Part shown: positions 55,004 through 64,000 of the stretch, in pieces
Layout: every line of letters begins with the position of its first letter
Numbering within the stretch: position 1 is the stretch's first letter
NCBI GenBank assembly: GCA_048938895.1
Contig: JBHLLU010000003.1
Coordinates: forward strand, 68,331 to 132,330
DNA length: 64,000 nucleotides
Source of the DNA: Promethearchaeota archaeon
GTDB lineage: Archaea; Asgardarchaeota; Lokiarchaeia; Sigyniarchaeales; SOKP01
Reading direction: 5' to 3'
Translations under genes and position numbers: made by a program
Notes under the pieces: model-generated
Told to the model about the DNA's origin: nothing
Databases searched by the model: none
What the model saw: the letters and a program-made list of their open reading frames with translations, nothing else

Positions 55004-56503
55004 ATGATTATGAGTCTTGAAGAAAATTTTTCATGGGAATTTTTAAAGAATGTAGCGGATGCTTTAGATTCATACAGAATTCGAGCTTTAATTGATGCTA
55101 AGAAAGATATTTTAGATGCTGGAATTTATGATGAAACTGAATATGACACTATACTCTATACAATGTTAGATGAAGAAAAGTTAAAATATTCCCTTTTTAA
55201 TTTTCTAAAAAGTAATTCCAAAAGTAATTTGCAAACTTTACAGCAATTTTGTGAGGAAACTTCCACGAAATTGCATAAAACTCTAAGTATATTAGAGTTA
55301 CTAAAAAATGAAAAACTTATCAATGTAGAAGAAATATATGATAAGATTGAAGGAGATGAAGATAGTCCTGAGCAACTTATCTTCAAAAATTATTCAATAA
55401 AGGTTAATGATGGTGATCTTTCAAAGCTAAAACCCATTTATGAACCTGTTAAAGTTATATTCGAATCTAAAAATTGTTCTGGATGTGGGCTATGTGCAGG
55501 AATTTGTCCTGTAAATTGTCTTCAAATTTATAACGGATTCGGAAAAATTAATGAGGATAAATGTATTCGGTGCGGATTATGTTATTTTGTATGCCCTCGA
55601 ACATATTTCCCCATTAAAGTTTTAAATATGGCTCTTGAAGAAGCTTCTGAAATTAAGGAATATGAAAATGTTGGCCATTATTTAGAAGCCTATTCCGCTA
55701 AGACTAAAATAAAAGAAATCTCAGAAATATGTCAAGATGGAGGAATTTCAAGTACTTGTTTACATTATCTTTTTGATAAAAAGAAAATAGATCTTGCTTT
55801 AGGGGCAAAAATGAGTAATACTCTATGGCGCCCTGAACCAATTTTGCTTAAAACTAAGGAAGATATCCTGAAAACAGCTGGAACTAAATATGTGAATAAT
55901 CCTAATCTTCAAATACTAAATCAAAAGGAAGTAAAAAACACAAAAATTGCAATAGTAGGTGTTCCTTGCCAGATGCAAGCTCTTCTTAAATCCCAGATCT
56001 ATAATATTGGCTTTCCATCATTGGAGAATATTGATTATAGAATAGGAATATTTTGTATGGAATCCTTTTCTTTTGAATCTCTTTTAAAAATATGTGAGAA
56101 AATGAACGTAGATATTAAAAATGCTAAAAAGATGGATATCAATAAGGGTAAATTCTTTGTATATACAAATAAAGGAGAAGAATTAAATATTCCTATTAAA
56201 GAAATTTCTCATTTGGCTCGAGAAGACTGCGAAATGTGTTATGATTTAACCTCTGAATCTGCTGATATTTCGATTGGCTCTATTGGTTCTCCCTCTGGTT
56301 GGAATACTGTTCTCATCCGGACTGAGAAAGGTAAACAATTATATGAAGAGTTAATCTCAAATAATTTGATTGAATCAAAACCAATAGAAGAAGTTAAACC
56401 TGGGTTATCCTTACTCCAAAGGATTGCTGGTTCTAAAAAAAATAATTGTGAAAAGCATATTAGCTTAAAAATAGGAGAAAGTAAGAGAGTTCCAATTTAT
56501 TGA
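55004..56503 (+). CDS. frhB: FrhB/FdhB-family F420-binding subunit with ferredoxin and N-terminal extension
   Basis: CSGCGLCAGICP, CIRCGLCYFVCP, QDGG, GTKY, VGVPCQ, IGIFCMESF, ADISIGSIGSP.GW. Confidence 0.85.
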   Translation: MIMSLEENFSWEFLKNVADALDSYRIRALIDAKKDILDAGIYDETEYDTILYTMLDEEKLKYSLFNFLKSNSKSNLQTLQQFCEETSTKLHKTLSILELLKNEKLINVEEIYDKIEGDEDSPEQLIFKNYSIKVNDGDLSKLKPIYEPVKVIFESKNCSGCGLCAGICPVNCLQIYNGFGKINEDKCIRCGLCYFVCPRTYFPIKVLNMALEEASEIKEYENVGHYLEAYSAKTKIKEISEICQDGGISSTCLHYLFDKKKIDLALGAKMSNTLWRPEPILLKTKEDILKTAGTKYVNNPNLQILNQKEVKNTKIAIVGVPCQMQALLKSQIYNIGFPSLENIDYRIGIFCMESFSFESLLKICEKMNVDIKNAKKMDINKGKFFVYTNKGEELNIPIKEISHLAREDCEMCYDLTSESADISIGSIGSPSGWNTVLIRTEKGKQLYEELISNNLIESKPIEEVKPGLSLLQRIAGSKKNNCEKHISLKIGESKRVPIY

Positions 56504-56558
56504 ATCTCCAATTATTTTTTATTAAAAATAAACTATTGATGCAAAATATTTAACCATT

Positions 56559-57209
56559 TTATGCCATTGCAAAAATATTCAAAGGAATGCAAATAAATAT
56601 GATGTCGAAATTAGAATTTAAACATAAGAATTGCTCTATTTCTATAATTTTAGCTCCCAAACTATTATAAACATGATTATACTTTAGATTCATTCTAACT
56701 AAGACCACCTCATTTAAAACAATTATAGAAGAATTATTAGAAGGAGGGGGGATAAGGGTAAAATTTAAATAGCAATCTCTCTGAGTAGTAAATATTTCTG
56801 TTTGGTTTTCATAATCCGCTTTAATAATTAAACTATTGTTATAAGTTAGATATATCAAGGATTCATTAGTAGCTTTTAAGGAATAAATCAAAACATGTTT
56901 ATAATAAGGATAAAAATGAAATTTTTCTTTATCATCATCAATTTTTAACTTAAGATCTTCTACAATAAACCTGTCAATCTGATAATTAACTTCAAAAAAT
57001 AAATCATATTCAAATAATTCACTTTTCTCAATAACAATCTCAGAATTTTGAATTTCTGTTTTATAACTTATCTTATAATATATTCTTGTTAATATTATAA
57101 AATTATTAATAATTAATGAGAAAGATGTAATTAAAATACCTGTAAGAATTATTCCAAGTAAATACATCCATTTTCTTCTCATCTGTCCTCTCCAAAATAT
57201 ATTAGACAT
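56559..57209 (-). CDS. Hypothetical membrane-anchored protein
   Basis: N-terminal hydrophobic helix; very AT-rich 216 aa ORF. Confidence 0.55.
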   Translation of the reverse strand: MSNIFWRGQMRRKWMYLLGIILTGILITSFSLIINNFIILTRIYYKISYKTEIQNSEIVIEKSELFEYDLFFEVNYQIDRFIVEDLKLKIDDDKEKFHFYPYYKHVLIYSLKATNESLIYLTYNNSLIIKADYENQTEIFTTQRDCYLNFTLIPPPSNNSSIIVLNEVVLVRMNLKYNHVYNSLGAKIIEIEQFLCLNSNFDIIFICIPLNIFAMA

Positions 57210-57575
57210 CTATAAAAATTTAAATCTTTCCCTCACCATTAGAAACATTTCACTCTTTCAAGAATGAACTATGAAATTATTTTACTATTCTGATTCATAT
57301 TCACTTCAAAATTAGGAGGATAATATAATTCCTCTCAAAAATGGAAAAAACTAAAAGAGTTCTCCCTTATTCGATTTCCAAAAAAGTATCAATAAAAAAC
57401 ATATTATCGAGAAATTAGAAAAAAAGATTAGAGTTCCTCAATACAAAATTCTTATTTTTTAATAAAAACTCTTGTCATCCCGCGTTTTCTTCACTAAAAC
57501 CAAAAATTTAATATTGCTTTCTATATTCACTAACATTAAATCAATAAATAAACCTTAGTATATAATTGAATTTAA

Positions 57576-58073
57576 ATGAGCTCTACATCTGCTATACGAC
57601 CCAAAAATTTCCGTGAAAAAGTTTTTTTCCGTGAACTCCGCTCCCAAGTGGATGGGAATGCTAAAGTTGAATATGGGTTAACACAAATTAGAGGTATTGG
57701 TAGAAGGTTTGCTCAAGCAATTGTTAGAGTAGCAGGCATTGATCCTGCCATGAGAATTGGTGCAATTCCAGAAAAAGATTTAAACCGAATTGAGCAAATT
57801 ATTTTATCCCCTGTAGAAAGTGGGATCCCTAATTGGATGGTAAATAGACCCAAAGATTTGCGTAGTGGTAAGGATCTTCATATTATTGGTAATAGATTAG
57901 ATCTTTCTCTTAAAAATGATATAGATAGGATGAAGAAAATTAAATCTTATAAAGGAGTTCGCCATCACTTAAGATTAAAGGTACGTGGTCAAAGAACAAA
58001 AAGTACTGGACGTCACGGTTTAGTCGTTGGAGTTATGCGCAGAAAGAAAGGTCAACCGGGAGCACAGAAATAA
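57576..58073 (+). CDS. rps13: Ribosomal protein uS13
   Basis: LTQIRGIGRR, YKGVRH..LKVRGQRTKSTGR. Confidence 0.97.
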   Translation: MSSTSAIRPKNFREKVFFRELRSQVDGNAKVEYGLTQIRGIGRRFAQAIVRVAGIDPAMRIGAIPEKDLNRIEQIILSPVESGIPNWMVNRPKDLRSGKDLHIIGNRLDLSLKNDIDRMKKIKSYKGVRHHLRLKVRGQRTKSTGRHGLVVGVMRRKKGQPGAQK

Positions 58074-58082
58074 GGTGACATT

Positions 58083-58601
58083 ATGGGAGATCCACGACGA
58101 TTAAAAAAGAAATTTAGGAAACCTAAGCATCCATTTCAAAAAGAGAGGATCATGGAAGAACTTGAGTTCATCGGAAAATACGGATTGAGGAATAAAAGAG
58201 AATTCTGGAAATCAAGAACAAAATTAGCAGATTGGCGAAATATTGCAAGACAATCAAGAACACTATCAAAAGAAAGAGCTGTTGAAGTTCAGCAGGAACT
58301 AATTAGAAAATTGGATCGATTAGGAATTATAGGTTCAGAAGCCGAATTCGAAGATGTGCTCCTTCTTACCGTTGAAGATGTACTAAAAAGAAGATTGCAA
58401 ACTCTTGTTTATGAAAAAGGACTTGCTAGCACAATATATCAAGCAAGGCAGATTATAACACATGGACATATTCAAATCGCAGGAAAAAAGATTAATGCAC
58501 CTTCCTACATCGTTAAAAGAACTGAAGAAGATCTAATTGATTTTGCTCCAAATAGTCCGCTTTCGCGAGTAAAAGAAAAATCAACAAAAAGTGAGGCTTA
58601 A
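58083..58601 (+). CDS. rps4: Ribosomal protein uS4
   Basis: [28 protein letters not shown]. Confidence 0.97.
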   Translation: MGDPRRLKKKFRKPKHPFQKERIMEELEFIGKYGLRNKREFWKSRTKLADWRNIARQSRTLSKERAVEVQQELIRKLDRLGIIGSEAEFEDVLLLTVEDVLKRRLQTLVYEKGLASTIYQARQIITHGHIQIAGKKINAPSYIVKRTEEDLIDFAPNSPLSRVKEKSTKSEA

Positions 58602-58999
58602 TGAGTAGAAGAGATGATATGAAGTGGGCAATTGTACACATATTTTCAAGTTATAACAATACAATTGTAACTGCAACCGATTTAAGTGGTGCTGAAACTT
58701 TCGCTAAGTGTACCGCAGGGATGGTAGTAAAGGCAAGCCGGGATGAATCCTCTCCTTACGCCGCTATGCAGTGCGGTTTTCGTGTTGCTAATGACCTTCG
58801 AGATAAAGGAGTACGGGGTATTCACATAAAAGTTCGAGCTCCGGGTGGAAATAAGAGCCAAACTCCCGGACCAGGTGCTCAAGCCTGTATTCGAGCCCTG
58901 GCTCGTGCCGGCCTTCAAGTTGGTCGCATCGAAGAAGTAACCCCTAAATCGCATGACCACTGCCGGAGGAAGGGCGGTCATCGCGGTCGTCGGGTGTAG
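58601..58999 (+). CDS. rps11: Ribosomal protein uS11
   Basis: [29 protein letters not shown]. Confidence 0.97.
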   Translation: MSRRDDMKWAIVHIFSSYNNTIVTATDLSGAETFAKCTAGMVVKASRDESSPYAAMQCGFRVANDLRDKGVRGIHIKVRAPGGNKSQTPGPGAQACIRALARAGLQVGRIEEVTPKSHDHCRRKGGHRGRRV

Positions 59000-59006
59000 A
59001 ATCTTT
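58944..59006 (+). repeat. Direct repeat copy 1 (3' end of rps11; attL-like)
   Basis: 57/63 nt identical to 62350..62412. Confidence 0.9.
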
Positions 59007-59037
59007 AAAGAGGATTACCAATCTATAAGAAAGTAAA

Positions 59038-59355
59038 TTATTCCAGTTTTCTAAATTCATAATCTCCTTTAAGATGTGAGTCTTTTAAAGTTTTAGCTCT
59101 ATTGAAGAAAATTCTTGATATATATATGTCGAAGATCCTGATGTTTGGAAACTAATTCTTGATAATTTCCTTAACATCGTTAAAAAATTTTCTCCTTATT
59201 GATTTGTTAGCAATTTTTACAGAATCAGGTTCTGAATCGTAATGAAAATCAGTGTTGTAGAGAATTTGAAATTTAAGTAAAATAGTTTTCCATGAGTCTA
59301 TTAATATTTCCTTGTATTTTTCGGTTATTTTGTTGAAGAGATCGTTGAACTTCAC
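59038..59355 (-). pseudogene. Possible gene remnant with internal TAG
   Basis: 67 aa ORF whose frame stays open 37 codons past TAG 59152-59154. No recognisable family. Confidence 0.25.
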
Positions 59356-59476
59356 TTTTTAAGTACTTGACAAATTATGCCATATATCTGATTAGATTAT
59401 GATTTAAACGAGGTGAATTAAGAACTAATGAATTATATTACATTATTCATTAACTATATTAATAGAGTGGTTAAAA

Positions 59477-60493
59477 ATGAATGAAAAGAATAGTAATGTA
59501 AAAGCAAATAGTATTAAAATCTGTTTATTGGAAAAAAAAAGAGGAAATTTTGCAATACAAGAAAAATTTACTAAAAATAATGATATTGTAGATACAACTG
59601 ATTTAGAAGTAGAACATCACTATAAAGCTCTTACTAAGGCAGGATATCAGGTTAAAACGTTAAAATGGAACGACAATATCATTTCAGATTTGAAGAATTT
59701 AGATGCAGATTTGGTATTTAATGTATCAAGTATAGTTGAGACTGCGATTTTAGATGATCTAGAGTTTCCATATGTTGGATCTGATGTTTTTAGCTGCATT
59801 ATAGCCACTGATAAGGCATTAGCTAAGGATTTTTGGATCAAGGCAAACTTGCCAACCTCACCCTATGTGTTAGCAAAAAAGATAGAGGATTGTCAAATTT
59901 TCAAGAAATCAAAACCATTTAATTACCCTTTATTTATAAAACCATCAATGGGAAGAGGGAGTTCAGGTATAGATGAAACTTCCAAGGTTCATTCTTATAA
60001 AGAATTATTGGAAGGAGTTAAAAAAAGACTTGATACTATAAATCAACCAGTTCTCATAGAAAAATATCTTGAAGGTAGAGAAATAACATGTGGAATCATT
60101 GGCAACGGAGATAGGATTAGAGCTCTGCCCTTGTTAGAAATTATTCATAGTGGGGATGAGGATTTTTTAACTTTTGATAAAAAAGAACTAGATGACGATG
60201 TTTTTAGCTGTCCAGCTCAGTTATCATCCGTTCAAACCAAAAATCTACAGAAATTAGCGATTTCAGCATATGAAGCTATTGGTATAAGAGATTATGGCCG
60301 TGTTGACATGATTTTAACTGAAAATGGTCCATTTTTATTAGAGATTAACAGCTTTGCAGGTTTAATGTGCACGCCAATAGAAAAACCACATAGTTACATG
60401 GGATTCATGGCACTTGCAGAAAATAAAGATGGTAGCGAATTCCTAAACGATATTGTAGAGGAGGCATTAATCAGAATTCAAAAAAAATCCTAA
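59477..60493 (+). CDS. D-Ala-D-Ala ligase-like ATP-grasp enzyme
   Basis: PYVGS, DKALAK, LFIKP...GSSGI, IEKYLEGRE, YGRVD, LEINS. Confidence 0.85.
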   Translation: MNEKNSNVKANSIKICLLEKKRGNFAIQEKFTKNNDIVDTTDLEVEHHYKALTKAGYQVKTLKWNDNIISDLKNLDADLVFNVSSIVETAILDDLEFPYVGSDVFSCIIATDKALAKDFWIKANLPTSPYVLAKKIEDCQIFKKSKPFNYPLFIKPSMGRGSSGIDETSKVHSYKELLEGVKKRLDTINQPVLIEKYLEGREITCGIIGNGDRIRALPLLEIIHSGDEDFLTFDKKELDDDVFSCPAQLSSVQTKNLQKLAISAYEAIGIRDYGRVDMILTENGPFLLEINSFAGLMCTPIEKPHSYMGFMALAENKDGSEFLNDIVEEALIRIQKKS

Positions 60494-60514
60494 TAATAAT
60501 TTTGAGATAAATTT

Positions 60515-61591
60515 ATGCCTAATATTATAATAAATCTTAAAAAAATTCAACACAATGCAGAAACATTAAGAGCACTACTACAAAAGAAGAATCTTTCAAT
60601 AATTGGTGTAACAAAGGTAGTTTTAGGTAATCCAGTTATTGCAAAGGTATTAACTCAAGCAGGAATAGAATATCTGGGAGATTCAAGAATAAAAAATATT
60701 ATCAAAATGAAGAGAAATAAAATTAACGCCAAATTTGTGTTGATTCGCGTTCCCAGCGCAAGTGAAATTCCTTTAGTTGTTCAATATGCAGATTTTAGCG
60801 TCAATTCTGAGCTTGAGATAATTAAAATGCTATCAACAGAAGCTATTAAACAAAAAAAGATTCATAAAATAATTATAATGCTAGATATGGGTGATTTAAG
60901 AGAAGGTATTTACCCTTCTAATATTGATAAGTATATCTACCAGATTAAAAAATTAAAGGGAATCAAACTAAGCGGAATAGGGACTAATTTAAAATGTTTT
61001 GGTGGTATTATCCCAACAAATCTGAATATGAAGAAATTTTCAAATATTGCTGACGAATTAGAAAAGAAATTTGGATTAAAATTTAAATTTGTATCAGGAG
61101 GAAATTCTTCTAATATGAATTGGTTAATGTCTTGTAAAGATACAGGTAAAATAAATAATCTAAGAATAGGGGAAGCGTTATTTTTAGGACATGAAACAAT
61201 TAATTTTCAACCAATACCAGACTTACATAGAGATTCATTTAAATTTACAGCAGAAATCATCGAATTAAAACAGAGATCCTTGCGACCTCAAGGAATTGTA
61301 GTCTCTAATGCATTCGGAGAAAAAATTCATAAAAAGTCACTGTTTATAATTAAAAAAAAGAAAAGATTTCGCAAGCAGGCACTATTAAATTTTGGGAGAC
61401 AAGATATTAACCTTGATGGTCTAAGACCGATATCTAACATAAAGATTCTTGGAGCCTCAAGCGATTATTTAATAATTGATGTAAAAGATAATGAATTTAA
61501 AATTGGTGAGGTTTTAAATTTTAATCTCAATTATGAAGCTTTATTAAGAGCGATGACAAGTCCATATGTCTCTAAAAAATTTATAGATTAA
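60515..61591 (+). CDS. Alanine/ornithine racemase-family PLP enzyme
   Basis: GVTK (PLP Lys), DSR, MGDLREG, GTNL.C, SGGNS, LRIGE, GASSD. Confidence 0.88.
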   Translation: MPNIIINLKKIQHNAETLRALLQKKNLSIIGVTKVVLGNPVIAKVLTQAGIEYLGDSRIKNIIKMKRNKINAKFVLIRVPSASEIPLVVQYADFSVNSELEIIKMLSTEAIKQKKIHKIIIMLDMGDLREGIYPSNIDKYIYQIKKLKGIKLSGIGTNLKCFGGIIPTNLNMKKFSNIADELEKKFGLKFKFVSGGNSSNMNWLMSCKDTGKINNLRIGEALFLGHETINFQPIPDLHRDSFKFTAEIIELKQRSLRPQGIVVSNAFGEKIHKKSLFIIKKKKRFRKQALLNFGRQDINLDGLRPISNIKILGASSDYLIIDVKDNEFKIGEVLNFNLNYEALLRAMTSPYVSKKFID

Positions 61592-61712
61592 CTAAAAATT
61601 TATAAAACCATTAATTTCAAGTAATCCTACTGTTTAAGATAATGAATACCCAAATGTTATTTTTTCTTTTCCAGATTGGGCAACTTCTATTTTTGCGTAC
61701 TGTTCAAAAGTA

Positions 61713-62279
61713 TTATCTGCCTTTTCTTTGTTTTTTGAGATATATTCTCTCACTTCTTGCAGGGGGAGGAAATATTCCTCCTTTAACAGATTGTACTTGT
61801 TGTATTGATAAAAAAGCATTTTCATAATTTTGTTCAATAATAGCGATCACCTGCTTCAAATTTTTACGTTTTATGATTAATTGTATCAATATATTATTAT
61901 AACCTTCAGCGGTTAATACTGTAAGCCCATATCCCGCTTCTTTCAATGAATTTAATAATTTATCTGGCTTTCGAAGTACAATTAACTGTATATTTAATAA
62001 ACCAATTGATAATTTGCGGTCTATATAAATGCCAACATAAGTTCCGGTAGCAAAACCACCAGCATATGCAAAATAGTAAAGAATATTAGAGATATTCATA
62101 AAAAGCTGTCCAATGGCAAGAAGCCATATAAATACTTCAAAGAATCCGACTATAGGAGCCAATTTGATTTGATCTCGTGAAGTAAATATTATTCGCAAAG
62201 TTAATAGGGAAACGTCTAAAATTCTTGCGAAAAAAATTAATAATGGTATAATAATTAAACCAATTATCTCATCTGTCAT
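61713..62279 (-). CDS. DUF2179/DUF5698 membrane protein
   Basis: IFFARILDVSL.TLR, GFFEV.IW, YAGGFATG, GYGLT. Confidence 0.85.
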   Translation of the reverse strand: MTDEIIGLIIIPLLIFFARILDVSLLTLRIIFTSRDQIKLAPIVGFFEVFIWLLAIGQLFMNISNILYYFAYAGGFATGTYVGIYIDRKLSIGLLNIQLIVLRKPDKLLNSLKEAGYGLTVLTAEGYNNILIQLIIKRKNLKQVIAIIEQNYENAFLSIQQVQSVKGGIFPPPARSERIYLKKQRKGR

Positions 62280-62349
62280 TATAATTAAATCTATTTCAAA
62301 ATTAATAAGTGATTTGGGATTTCATCTTAAGAAACCAGAACCTTCATAG

Positions 62350-62412
62350 CTAAATCGCATGACCATTGTAGGAGGAAGGGCGATCATCGCGGTCGTCGCG
62401 TGTAAAATCTTT
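62350..62412 (+). repeat. Direct repeat copy 2 (orphan rps11 3' end; attR-like)
   Basis: Encodes [17 protein letters not shown] with no upstream rps11 sequence. Confidence 0.9.
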
Positions 62413-62525
62413 GAAAAGTTAGCTGATTTAAAAAACTCAACGCTCTATTCCTCTAAATTTAATCCTTTTCTATTATAATATTTCTTTATTCTCAGAAGTA
62501 ATAGAGAAATATTAGTGAAGGAGTC

Positions 62526-63608
62526 TTATCTTCTATATCGGGCAATAGCAACGATACTACCAAAAGATTTAATTATTTCTCCTTGCTCTGTTTCTTTCGA
62601 GATTCTTTCTACTTGTACACCGTTCTTATATGCTAAGAACAAAAAATCATTAAAATTCTTAAATCCATCTATGATAATTAATTTCTTCACCGAATTAGTA
62701 ATTAAGGCTTTTTTAGTTTCTTTATAGCCATAGAGTGCTAACCCACTGTCTAATGATAATTCTTTCAAAAATTCCTGAACAACTTGTCTCTCTTTACTGT
62801 ATTTTAGTTGCGTCATTTGATCTGATAATCGATTAACTAATGATCTGATTCCTTCATATCCACCATCATATGGTAAGTCTATTGTATCCTGAATAATGGG
62901 TTTGAGTCTATAGTCTATATTTTTATCTTTAACTAATTTAATCTTTGAATTTCCCGCTCCTCCTACAAAGATAGCTTTCAAATTATTAAGTCGTAGAAAT
63001 TCTTGATTTATGTATCTTATTAATTTCCGATAAAATTTTACTTCTTTTTCTTGAATTAACCTTTCAAATCTCCTTTGCGAATACCCACCAGCACTATGTT
63101 TACTGGGAATACTTGATGAAAAATGCTTTATTGTATTTATTTGCTTACCTTTAAGATAACCAATAGAAGCTCTTTTTCTTCCTACTACCACTAATCCATA
63201 TGCGTTCTTATCTAATAACATATCCTCAAATGGTGTAAGCAAGAAGTGATCATCACACCAATAAATGAATGTCAATACCTTTTCAGGTGGATTTAACACA
63301 TATATTTCATTTTTTTCAGTACCTCTTTGATTTTTTTGAGGGATTGAGCCTGAAAAGATAACAAGTCCGTTTTTAGGGAGCGTTCAAATCTTAGCAAGTT
63401 GACCCGTGATGCTTAAAATACTGTTCCGAACATTATTACGGGTACGTTTGGATTTGATGTTCTGGCTCTGAGATATTTCATCCTTTAAATAATTGGAAAC
63501 ATCACTTATAGATTTTTCTGGAGGTATATAGAGTGAAATAAGTTCTGTATGGAACCCTCGCTTTTCCTTAAGCGATTCTATTATATCTTTTAAATTCTCA
63601 TCATTCAA
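62526..63608 (-). CDS. aRF1/eRF1 paralogue with one in-frame UGA (63384-63386) and GGYSQ motif; recoded gene or young pseudogene
   Basis: [14 protein letters not shown], ...[20 protein letters not shown]..., [22 protein letters not shown]. The two track ORFs are in the same frame (309 nt apart). Confidence 0.8.
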
Positions 63609-64000
63609 TATTGATCAACTTATTACTAATTTATGAATATCTTAAAGTAAGTTTGCTATTTATTCTTTTTTCACAGAAAATTAAAGAAAGAATAATTCGA
63701 TTTAAAGATAATCTATTCATTCCTACTAATAAAGTGCGATAACGAATAAGAACTAGTTACTAATATTTATTCCTGACATAGCAAATCCTAATGATTATCC
63801 CTATAACTATCATTTTCAAAATACACCATAATTATTTCATTAAAAATATTTAATTATTGTTTTATTTTGTATGTTGGTTAGTTTTTTTTAACTATTCTTC
63901 TTACATACGTTACAAGAATAATTATTGAAATCATAATTTTTATTTTTCTTAAATTTTTCATATAGTTTCACTCATTTCTATATACATATTTGCTTTCCAG

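Larger units (their letters stand above)
58944..62412. mobile_element. Putative decayed or non-autonomous island integrated at the rps11 3' end
   Basis: Bounded by 63 bp imperfect direct repeats and carries bacterial-type cargo. No integrase inside. Confidence 0.55.

Noticed and set aside
59152-59154. Pyrrolysine readthrough of TAG
   Set aside because: No pyl genes or methylamine methyltransferase context; decay is the simpler explanation.

Overview
AT-rich archaeal chromosome segment, most likely from an Asgard archaeon of the Lokiarchaeia type. This is inferred from four small GTPases, many longin/roadblock-like proteins, a tailed histone, a Bud23-like methyltransferase, eS25, and UGA-containing HdrA/MvhD. 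All family assignments are by eye from motifs, with no searches run. The left half (1-31.5 kb) is rich in eukaryote-like signalling genes. It holds two copies of a module in which a giant single-pass surface protein is coupled to a longin + winged-helix protein, and these copies flank a longin-GTPase gene. It also holds two tandem 7TM-longin proteins, preceded by a 39-codon ORF and followed by a Rag-like GTPase. The right half carries metabolic and housekeeping genes and a selenoprotein hdrA-mvhD-frhB operon with four in-frame UGAs. Further right are rps13-rps4-rps11, a ~3.4 kb insert bounded by a duplicated rps11 3' end, and an aRF1 paralogue with one in-frame UGA and GGY in place of GGQ. One tRNA-Ser(CGA) is present. 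No CRISPR array, rRNA, integrase or transposase was seen.
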